From assembly GCA_036381995.1 (NCBI GenBank), contig DASVIS010000077.1, positions 1 through 50,704 of the forward strand: a stretch of DNA of 50,704 nt, given 5' to 3'. The position numbers were made by a program, and so were the translations under genes. The stretch comes from Vicinamibacterales bacterium. GTDB taxonomy: Bacteria; Acidobacteriota; Vicinamibacteria; Vicinamibacterales; Fen-181. Shown here one piece after another: positions 16,288 to 23,891 of this stretch. The notes under the pieces were generated by a model. It made no database searches, was not told the origin of the DNA, and saw nothing but the letters and a program-made list of their open reading frames with translations. The number at the start of each line of letters is the position of its first letter. Within the stretch, counting starts at the first letter, position 1.

Positions 16288-16995
16288 ATGCATCGGACTG
16301 CAGCCCTCGTCATTGGCATTCTGGCTGTCGTGATGCTAGCCACGCCGGCGGCCGCACAGCAATCGCTGTCGCTGAACATTGGCTACTTCGCGTTGAGGGG
16401 TGAAGCCAACCGGGCTCCGGGCGACACGATTGTCGAGAACCTCTTCGCCACATCGCCCTTCGCGCTCGAATACCGGCTCTCGGATTTCGACAACGCTACA
16501 TTCGGCGCCGAGTGGCTCTTTCCACTCGGTGAGTTCCTCGAAGGTGGCGTCGGTGTCAACTACTACGCGCGAACCGTTCCCAGCTTCTACCGGGACCTCG
16601 TGAACGACAACGGCTCCGAGATCACGCAGGATATCCGGCTGAGGACGATTCCCATGACGGCGACCATCCGGTTCATCCCGACAGGACGACGGGCCGGCGT
16701 GCAGCCGTACATCGGCGCGGGCGTCGGAGTTGTCGCGTGGCGCTATTCAGAAAACGGTGACTTTGCCGATCCCTCGTACAACATCTTCCAGTGGAACTAC
16801 AAGGATTCTGGTACCGCGGTCGGCCCGGTGGTCTTCGGCGGAGTTCGGGTGCCCTTCAGCCGCTCATTCGCCCTGGGCGGAGAGATTCGGTACCAGAAGG
16901 CCGATGCGCCGCTGAACCGCAGTGTGGGGTTTCAAGGCGACCGGCTCGACGTGGGCGGGATTACCTACCAGGCGAATCTCGTCTTCAAGTTCTGA
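16288..16995 (+). CDS. outer-membrane beta-barrel protein
   Basis: Signal peptide (MHRTAALVIGILAVVMLATPAAAQQ), alternating beta-strand pattern and C-terminal ...YQANLVFKF. RBS GGAGGAGA lies 7 nt upstream. The track ORF's N-terminal extension (from 15895) is rejected. Confidence 0.8.
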   Translation: MHRTAALVIGILAVVMLATPAAAQQSLSLNIGYFALRGEANRAPGDTIVENLFATSPFALEYRLSDFDNATFGAEWLFPLGEFLEGGVGVNYYARTVPSFYRDLVNDNGSEITQDIRLRTIPMTATIRFIPTGRRAGVQPYIGAGVGVVAWRYSENGDFADPSYNIFQWNYKDSGTAVGPVVFGGVRVPFSRSFALGGEIRYQKADAPLNRSVGFQGDRLDVGGITYQANLVFKF

Positions 16996-18513
16996 TAACA
17001 GGGTTCGGGGGCGGAGGGCGTAAAGCGCAACGCCGCCGCCCTCCGCCACTCGCGTGAAGGGACGCAGGAATCCGGGGTGCTCCCTCGCGCGGGCCGCGAG
17101 CACATCGCCCCCCTCGGCCAGTTCCTCCACCAGCACCCATTCCACGTGGGCTTGGGGTGATTCGAGCGCCGCCGCCCACAAGTCGCCGTTGCCCTCATGG
17201 ACGACATCCCGCACATTCACGCCGATCTCGGAGAGCTCCTGCACGTAGTGTGAGAGCGACCCGAGGCTGGCCAGGAACTTCCCGCCCTCCCGATCGCTTC
17301 GATGCTGCCGGAGATAGTCGGTGACCACCTTCCGTTGGCGGCTATGCTCCCGGTCCAACTGGGCTTCGAGCACCATCGGCGCGGCCGCGTCGAATGGGTG
17401 TGTCTCGACGAGGACGAGCGCCACGAGGACCGCGGCGGCGACCACCCGGAACCGCCGCGTGAGCCCCACCCCGATCCCGGCCCACACCGCAAGGGCGGGC
17501 ACGAGTGGAACCATGTAGCGGTACCGGAACGGATGGCCGATGAAGAAGGCATACCATGGCAACGCCGCGCTCGCCGCCAGCGCGAGGGCCACCAGCGACG
17601 AGGCCCGGGCCCGTGAGAACAGCCCGGACACCAGTACAGCCGCGGCCCCCGCGACGGCACAGAACAGAACCCCGTACCCGTTCAGATGGTGGCTGGCCCA
17701 CCAGATCGATCCAATGGTCTTGAAGGGGAGGCCCATGTCGGGGTTGTCTACGACGTAGAAACCGCCGGTGACGAACCAGTGTCCGACGGTCAGGCGGCTC
17801 TGGATCAGGAACGCCACTCCTGCGAGTGCCGGGAAGGCGGCGAGCCCAGCCGCGCGGCGGAGGGCGACGGCCGCAGGAACGCCGCGGCGCCACAGAGCGA
17901 TGACGGCCACGAGCAGCGCCAGGGCGGTGACTGGCCACGCCTCATACCGTGTGAGGCAGGCGGCCGCCATCGTCAGACCCGTCGGCGTCCGACCAGGCCC
18001 CGCGTCCGAGGCAACCCAACGGGAGAGCAGCGCAATCGACAGCGTGGTCAGCCCGAGCAGCAGCGGCTCGGTCATCGGAGTCGACTGAAGGTAGACGACA
18101 TCTGGATTGAGCACGAGGATGGCCAGGCCAACGAGTGCCGCGGCGCGCGACCCGGTGGCGTCGAGCACGAGTCGGGCGCAGGCGTAAGCCGTCAGACCGA
18201 ACGACAGGACCGAGACGGCGACCGCAAATGCCCCGGTCCGATAGAAGAAGTCGACCTGGGCCGGCAACAGGTTCACGAGGTGAGGAAGCGGAAGCCAGAC
18301 GGCCCCGATTTGCTTCCATCCGGGCGTCAGGCTGTCGATGACGCGTCGGGCGACGACCAGATGCGCCTTGGCGTCGTAGTGGCTCAGCGTGAGTCCCGCA
18401 CGGGCGTACACCCAGGCCGCATACGTGCCCAGGAGAATTGCGGCCAGGGCGGCGAGTCGCGCCGTGCGCTCGAGTTCGCGATGAGGCGATGAGAGGTCGT
18501 CAGCTATAATCAA
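16864..18513 (-). CDS. polytopic GT-C-fold-like glycosyltransferase (ArnT/PMT-like) with C-terminal soluble domain
   Basis: At least 10 hydrophobic segments, first-loop HYDAKAH, soluble C-terminal domain of about 130 aa. TTG start at 18513. The last 44 codons overlap the convergent OMP gene, so the 3' end is questionable. Confidence 0.6.
   Translation of the reverse strand: MIIADDLSSPHRELERTARLAALAAILLGTYAAWVYARAGLTLSHYDAKAHLVVARRVIDSLTPGWKQIGAVWLPLPHLVNLLPAQVDFFYRTGAFAVAVSVLSFGLTAYACARLVLDATGSRAAALVGLAILVLNPDVVYLQSTPMTEPLLLGLTTLSIALLSRWVASDAGPGRTPTGLTMAAACLTRYEAWPVTALALLVAVIALWRRGVPAAVALRRAAGLAAFPALAGVAFLIQSRLTVGHWFVTGGFYVVDNPDMGLPFKTIGSIWWASHHLNGYGVLFCAVAGAAAVLVSGLFSRARASSLVALALAASAALPWYAFFIGHPFRYRYMVPLVPALAVWAGIGVGLTRRFRVVAAAVLVALVLVETHPFDAAAPMVLEAQLDREHSRQRKVVTDYLRQHRSDREGGKFLASLGSLSHYVQELSEIGVNVRDVVHEGNGDLWAAALESPQAHVEWVLVEELAEGGDVLAARAREHPGFLRPFTRVAEGGGVALYALRPRTLLSELEDEIRLVGNPAHVEPVALKPHTAVQRRIGLLVPNLSAQGE
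17010..17047. terminator. strong GC hairpin just after the OMP stop (11-bp arms GGCGGAGGGCG / CGCCCTCCGCC)
   Basis: Perfect 11-bp inverted repeat with a 16-nt loop, starting 15 nt after the OMP TGA. There is no T-run. It lies inside the 3' end of the convergent minus-strand ORF. Confidence 0.35.
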
Positions 18514-18602
18514 GGCGCCTTGAGCCTCGGCGTTAGTGTACTTCGCTTCGTCTCGTTCGGTGCGCGCGGCTCCCGCCGCGGCGACGGCGCGGGTGACTTC
18601 GC

Positions 18603-19205
18603 ATGAAGGGCCTGGTCGCCTGGGCCAAGGGCATGGCCGTCTCGTTTGGCGGTCCGGGGCTGTTCCTCGTCGCCTTCCTCGACTCTTCGTTTCTCTCGCT
18701 CCCCGAAATCAACGACTTCCTCGTCGTCTGGATGGTGACGCAGCACAAGGAGCGCATCGTCTACTACGCGACGATGGCGACGCTGGGGTCGATTGTCGGC
18801 TGCTTCACCCTGTACTGGCTGGCCTGGAAGGGTGGTGAGGCGTTCGTTCGAAAGCGCGTCAGGTCAGCGAGCATCGAACGCGGCATGGAAACGGTGCGCC
18901 GGTACGGCCTGCTGGCACTGCTGGTTCCCTCGATCCTCCCTCCGCCGGCGCCGTTCAAGGTGTTCGTACTCCTCGCTGGTGTGGTGCGGGTGCGTCCGCT
19001 CAGTTTTGCCATCGCCATCGCCATTGGCCGCGGATTTCGGTACTTTGCCGAAGGGCTGCTGGCAGTCTGGTACGGGGACATGGCGATACGCTATGTCGCC
19101 GAGCACGGCAGCCGGGTCGCACTGGTGGCCGCCATTCTGGTGCTCCTCGGCGGGCTCGGTGTCGTCTGGTGGCGGCGGTGGCGCGCGGCCTCAGAACCTT
19201 CGTAG
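18603..19205 (+). CDS. DedA/YqaA family membrane protein (SNARE-associated domain)
   Basis: PGLFLVAFLDSSFLSLPEINDFLVV, and LPPPAPFKVFVLLAG re-entrant-helix-like motifs. Confidence 0.8.
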   Translation: MKGLVAWAKGMAVSFGGPGLFLVAFLDSSFLSLPEINDFLVVWMVTQHKERIVYYATMATLGSIVGCFTLYWLAWKGGEAFVRKRVRSASIERGMETVRRYGLLALLVPSILPPPAPFKVFVLLAGVVRVRPLSFAIAIAIGRGFRYFAEGLLAVWYGDMAIRYVAEHGSRVALVAAILVLLGGLGVVWWRRWRAASEPS

Positions 19206-19223
19206 GGTATAATCACGGGCTGG

Positions 19224-20183
19224 ATGACTCCTGAGCTGTCCATCGTCATTCCCATTCGGAACGAGTCGGAGAACATTCCTCGCCTCTACGAGGAGCTGAC
19301 CGCCAGCCTCGAGCGGTTCGGGCGAAGCTACGAACTGCTGATGATCGAGGACGGCAGCACGGACAACAGTTTCGAATTGCTGGCTGCGACGCAGTCGCGG
19401 GACCCTCGCGTTCGCGTGATTCGCTTCCGCCGGAACTTCGGGCAGACCGCGGCTTTCGCCGCGGGGTTCGCGATGGCGCGCGGGAGGTACATCATTACGG
19501 CGGACGGCGATCTGCAGAACGACCCCGCCGACATTCCCGGGATGGTGGAGCGTCTGGAACGAGGCTTCGACATCGTCTGCGGCTGGCGGAAGGACCGCAA
19601 GGACCCATTCCTTTCCCGACGCCTGCCGTCAATCCTCGCGAACAGGTTGATCTCGATGGCGACCGGTGTGGCTCTCCACGATTACGGGTGTTCGCTCAAG
19701 GTGTTTCGCGCCGAGGTGGTAAAGCCGCTGAAGCTTTACGGCGAGATGCACCGGTTCATTCCCGCGATTGCGAGCGAGATGGGCGTACAGATCGACGAGG
19801 TGGTGGTCAACCATCGGGCGCGGGTGCACGGTCGATCGAAGTACGGCATCTCCCGGACGGTTCGCGTGATCCTGGATCTGCTCACCGTCAAGTTCCTGCT
19901 GAGCTATGCGACGCGTCCGTTGCAGATCTTCGGCCTGGTAGGGCTCACCATGGGGCTGCTCGGCGTGGCGGTCACGGGATGGCTCTCGATTCAGCGGTTG
20001 CTCGGTTACCAGGCGATCGGGAATCGTCCGTTGCTGCTGTTCGGGATTCTGCTGATCTTCACTGGAGTCCAGTTGGTCACCCTGGGGCTGCTGGCCGAGC
20101 TCCAGGCCCGCACCTATCACGAGTCGCAGAACAAGCCGACGTATGCGATCCGTGAGGTCCGGGACGCCGCATCTGTGCGTTGA
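19224..20183 (+). CDS. GT2 polyprenyl-phosphate glycosyltransferase (ArnC/GtrB/DPM1-like) with two C-terminal TM helices
   Basis: LSIVIPIRNESENI, MIEDGSTDNS, ITADGDLQNDP (DxD), two C-terminal TMs. TATAAT at 19208-19213 is only 11 nt from the ATG. Confidence 0.9.
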   Translation: MTPELSIVIPIRNESENIPRLYEELTASLERFGRSYELLMIEDGSTDNSFELLAATQSRDPRVRVIRFRRNFGQTAAFAAGFAMARGRYIITADGDLQNDPADIPGMVERLERGFDIVCGWRKDRKDPFLSRRLPSILANRLISMATGVALHDYGCSLKVFRAEVVKPLKLYGEMHRFIPAIASEMGVQIDEVVVNHRARVHGRSKYGISRTVRVILDLLTVKFLLSYATRPLQIFGLVGLTMGLLGVAVTGWLSIQRLLGYQAIGNRPLLLFGILLIFTGVQLVTLGLLAELQARTYHESQNKPTYAIREVRDAASVR

Positions 20184-20254
20184 CCGTCCTCACCGTGTCC
20201 ACCCGCAGCGACTCTCCGGCAAGCGAACTCACCGCGGGACCCACCTCTCCACGG

Positions 20255-21241
20255 TCAGCCGCGCAGGGCTTCATTGCCAGCTGCCGCGCCGGCCGGATCG
20301 AGGCCGCTCCTGATGTAGAGCAGGGCGCCCGGCAGGTTGCCGACGACACCCAGCGCGACGAACAGCATCGATAGCGCAAATGCCTGCGGATCGGGAACCC
20401 CCACTCGGGAGAAGAGCCACACGAAGGCCGCCTGGCTCGTGCCGATGCCATTCACGGTCACCGGCAGCAGCATCACGAGCAGAATGAGCGGGATGAACGC
20501 GAAGTAGACCGAGAGGGGCGCGTCGATCCCCAGCGCGCGTCCCAGGTAATACGCCTGGACGACACGCAGCACCTGCACACCTAGCGAGCAGACGAGGACG
20601 TTCAGGAGTTCCCGATGCGATCTCGCGTAGCTCTGGACCGCGCCGAGCAGCGAATCACCAGCTCGACGGATGGCAGGGGAGGGCACGACGCGCAGCAGGC
20701 TTCGCGCGAGATCCGCCATGCTCCGACTGAAGACGACGACGGCCGTGCCGGCGCAGATGACGAGAGCAACCCCCAGCGCGGTAAGGACGGCGGGATGCGT
20801 GGCGAGGTCTCGAGCGAAGACGAGTCCCACGGCTCCCAGCATCAGCACTGACAAAGCCCCCATCATGCGATCCATGAACACGGAGGCCACCGCGTCCGAC
20901 GCGGCCACGTCGTGTCTGGCGAGGCTGTACGCGCGGACTGCATCGCCGCCCACGCTGGCGGGGAGGAACGTCCCCACGAACGTGCTGACGAAGAAGATCC
21001 GCATGACGGGGCCGAGCGAGACGTGGGAGGCCGAGGCCAGAGGGCGGAGCAGCACGAGCCACCGGTACGCCATCAGGGCCCGGTCGAGGAAGGTCAGCGC
21101 GACCGCGATACCGATGCAGGTGAGATCAGCGTGGACCGACGCCTCCCAGACCCTGCCCGGATGGGCCTTCCACAGCAGCAGGCCCGTCAAGGCGACGGCG
21201 ACCAGGATCCGCAGGAGCGTGCCGAGAGACGGGCGCTTCAC
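20255..21241 (-). CDS. UPF0104 / lysylphosphatidylglycerol-synthase-TM-region family membrane protein (flippase-like), copy 1
   Basis: LLRILVAVALTGLLLWKA, AYRWLVLLRPL, FLPASVGGDAVRAY, about 8 TMs. The start GTG 21241 overlaps the radical SAM TGA (GTGA). The upstream part of track ORF 20255..21769 is rejected. Confidence 0.8.
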   Translation of the reverse strand: MKRPSLGTLLRILVAVALTGLLLWKAHPGRVWEASVHADLTCIGIAVALTFLDRALMAYRWLVLLRPLASASHVSLGPVMRIFFVSTFVGTFLPASVGGDAVRAYSLARHDVAASDAVASVFMDRMMGALSVLMLGAVGLVFARDLATHPAVLTALGVALVICAGTAVVVFSRSMADLARSLLRVVPSPAIRRAGDSLLGAVQSYARSHRELLNVLVCSLGVQVLRVVQAYYLGRALGIDAPLSVYFAFIPLILLVMLLPVTVNGIGTSQAAFVWLFSRVGVPDPQAFALSMLFVALGVVGNLPGALLYIRSGLDPAGAAAGNEALRG

Positions 21242-22395
21242 GGGACGGTCGGCAGCGTCTGGATGTGCCGTTCGGGGTTGCGCTTCACGCGGTACGCCCG
21301 CCACAGGAACTTCGCGTACGGGGCGACCTGCTTCATGGCGCCGACGTTGACCTGGCAGGGGCTCAGGCAGTTGGCGCAAATCGTGTCCTTGAAGGTGTGA
21401 CGGTAGGCGATGTTCTCGGCCTTGAAGTAGACCGCCGCCGGAGATTCTCCCGCCAGGTTGCCGATCTCCTTCGAGTTCTCGCAGTAGTACAGTTCGCCGT
21501 TCGGGTTGAGCAGCACACCCTGCGATTGGAACGGACACGGCATCGTCCGCTTGTACCCGTTGGCGATCATGTCCGCATAGTGCAGGTACATGAACGCCTG
21601 GCCGCTGAACACCGACTCCTCCTGCACGCGCTCCAGGAAGAACCGACGCATGAACGCCTCTTCCTCTGAATCGAGACCGATCCGCTCCTGGAGTTCGCTG
21701 TTGCCGAGCATCGCGTCGGTGAAACGCAACATATTGAACACGATGTCCAGCTTCCTGGCGCGCGCCCACGTCAGCAGGTTTTCCGCGTCCTTCATGTTGG
21801 TGGCGAAAATCGTGGCGGCCAGGCCGAACTGGAACTGCGGTACCTCGTCCGCCAGAGCCGACATGGCTTCGATCGTCTTCGACGCCTTCTCGAATCCACG
21901 CTTTACCTGGCGGACCTGGTCATGAATCTCGCCGATGCCGTCGAGCGATACGCGGGCGCTGAAGAGGATGTTCCGCTCAGCGCAGTGCCGCACGATCCGG
22001 GTCAATTGAGGGATGGCGCGGCCTGGGGTCAGGCCGGTGGTGTTGATGCCGATCTTCCGGAGCCGGGGCAGCCGTTTGACGAACATCTCCACGAGTTCCG
22101 GCAGGTCGTTGCGGGTGGTCGGCTCGCCGCCGGAGATGTTCAGGTTCTCGATCGCGTGCCAGAAGGGATGGTCCATCGCCTGCTCGAGGCGCTCGAAGCT
22201 CAGCTCGGCCTTTCGGTCTCCTCGCTTCCAGTTGCTGCACATCTGGCAGCGCGCGTCGCAGACGAACGTGCAGTTGTAGATCAGGACGGTCGGACGGATG
22301 GGCTTGACCAGGGCAACCGCACTCTTGGCCAGGTCACGGGGCGCACCCAGAGCGGCTTTCCCGATGTATCGCAGGGCGAAGGTCTTCGATGACAT
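21238..22395 (-). CDS. radical SAM enzyme with C-terminal SPASM/twitch-like Cys cluster
   Basis: CDARCQMC (CxxxCxxC), ISGGEPT, and C-terminal CPFQSQGVLLNPNGELYYC (CX12GX4C) plus CANCLSPC (CX2CX3C). ATG 22395 was chosen. TTG 22437 from the track is an alternative start. Confidence 0.85.
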   Translation of the reverse strand: MSSKTFALRYIGKAALGAPRDLAKSAVALVKPIRPTVLIYNCTFVCDARCQMCSNWKRGDRKAELSFERLEQAMDHPFWHAIENLNISGGEPTTRNDLPELVEMFVKRLPRLRKIGINTTGLTPGRAIPQLTRIVRHCAERNILFSARVSLDGIGEIHDQVRQVKRGFEKASKTIEAMSALADEVPQFQFGLAATIFATNMKDAENLLTWARARKLDIVFNMLRFTDAMLGNSELQERIGLDSEEEAFMRRFFLERVQEESVFSGQAFMYLHYADMIANGYKRTMPCPFQSQGVLLNPNGELYYCENSKEIGNLAGESPAAVYFKAENIAYRHTFKDTICANCLSPCQVNVGAMKQVAPYAKFLWRAYRVKRNPERHIQTLPTVP

Positions 22396-22670
22396 GTGGA
22401 ATGGACCATGGTACTCCGGTCGCCGGAATGGCGTCAATTTGGCAGCCGCGCGACCGCTCCCCCGGCACGCGAAACGAGCATCTTCAAGACGGGCATTTTC
22501 TGTTGCGCGCGGTGGGGGGGTGGATTACTCTCCTGTCACAGGTAGCGCCATGTTGGGGTAACCGAGTAGTTGCCTGACCTGGAAGTCACCCGTCAGGGAG
22601 AACGCCGACATCTCCATCTCACATCTGGCGTCGTCAACCTGTCTGTTCCACCTTGCGTCGAGGCGTTGTG

Positions 22671-23885
22671 ATGACCGAAGGGAAGCTGAACGTGCTGCAG
22701 GTGTGCGATCACCTCGGCTGGGAGGGATCGCGTATGCACGGGGTGAAGCGGCTGTTCTCCTGGATGATTCCGCGTTTCGACCCGGCGCGCTTCAACGTGT
22801 CTCTTGTGAGTTTGCGCAAGAAGGACCTGTCCGAGGAGACGCTCGACAGCTACGGCGTGGATATCACCTACCTTCAGCGTTCGAAGTTCGACCCGGGGAC
22901 GCTCGGAGACATGCTGAAGATCATCGACCGCAAGAAGATCGATATCCTGCACATGCACGGCTACGGCGCGACGACGTTCGGGCGTGCGGCCGGTGCCATG
23001 CGGCGGATCCCCACGATCCTGCACGAGCACGCGAATCTCACGGACACCCCCTGGTTCCAGAAGGCCGCGGATGTCGCGCTGGAGCCGTTCACGGACATCG
23101 CCATCGCCGTGTCCAGGTCGACGGCGGAGTTCGTGGTCGGAGCCAGGAAGATCCCGGAGCGGAAGGTGAAGGTCGTGTACCTGGGCGCGCCGCTCGACGA
23201 GTTCAGCCAACGCCGTGCGCCCGAGGAGGTTGCGGCCGTCCGCCAGGAACTGGGGGCCGGTCCCGGGGATGTGCTGATCGGAACCGTCACCCGCCTGCAC
23301 GATTCCAAGGGAAACGAGTACCTGGTCGACGCGGCCCGCAAGGTCCTGGACCAGCGGCCCGACGCGAAGTTCTTCCTGGTCGGCGAGGGGCCGCTGCGCC
23401 CCGCACTGGAAGAGCAGGCCCGGCGGCTGCAGCTCGGGGATCGGTTCGTCTTCGTCGGGTTCGTGCGCGACGTCGCGCGATTGCTCTCCGGTTTCGATAT
23501 CAGCGTCTTCCCGTCTCTCTGGGAGGGGACCCCTCTGACGGTGTTCGAGGCGCTTGCCGCGGGACGGCCCATCGTCGCCACCGATGCCGATGGCTTGCTC
23601 GACGTGCTCACGGACGGTCAGAACGCGCTCATCGCGCCGAAGCGGAACGCAGGCGCGCTGGCGGAGAAGATCATCCATCTCATCGATCACCCCGAGGAGC
23701 GGGCCCGGCTCGCGGCTCGTGCACGCGTCAGGAGCGAGCAGTACGACATCGGGACGTTCGTCCGGAAGATGGAGAGGCTGTACGGCATCCTGCACGATGT
23801 GTCGCGCCGTACGCATCGGCGTGGAGTGCTCGACGCCGACCTGTCGTTCCTGACCGGCGGGCCCTTCGGCGCGGGTGCCGTCTGA
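22671..23885 (+). CDS. GT4-family (GT-B fold) glycosyltransferase 1
   Basis: LNVLQVCDHLG, GFVRDV, SLWEGTPLTVFEALAAGRPIVATD (EX7E region). ATG 22671 has GAGG 8 nt upstream. The track start is TTG 22653. Confidence 0.85.
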   Translation: MTEGKLNVLQVCDHLGWEGSRMHGVKRLFSWMIPRFDPARFNVSLVSLRKKDLSEETLDSYGVDITYLQRSKFDPGTLGDMLKIIDRKKIDILHMHGYGATTFGRAAGAMRRIPTILHEHANLTDTPWFQKAADVALEPFTDIAIAVSRSTAEFVVGARKIPERKVKVVYLGAPLDEFSQRRAPEEVAAVRQELGAGPGDVLIGTVTRLHDSKGNEYLVDAARKVLDQRPDAKFFLVGEGPLRPALEEQARRLQLGDRFVFVGFVRDVARLLSGFDISVFPSLWEGTPLTVFEALAAGRPIVATDADGLLDVLTDGQNALIAPKRNAGALAEKIIHLIDHPEERARLAARARVRSEQYDIGTFVRKMERLYGILHDVSRRTHRRGVLDADLSFLTGGPFGAGAV

Positions 23886-23891
23886 CGGCAG

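Noticed and set aside
15895-16995. N-terminal extensions of track ORFs (15895..16995, 34798..36471, 42698..44935, 31735..32742, 30722..31939, 9226..10203, 7605..9485, 20255..21769)
   Set aside because: The extensions overlap the preceding well-supported genes. Internal starts with RBS-like sequence, or with ATGA/GTGA stop-start overlaps, give proteins beginning at the expected family N-termini.
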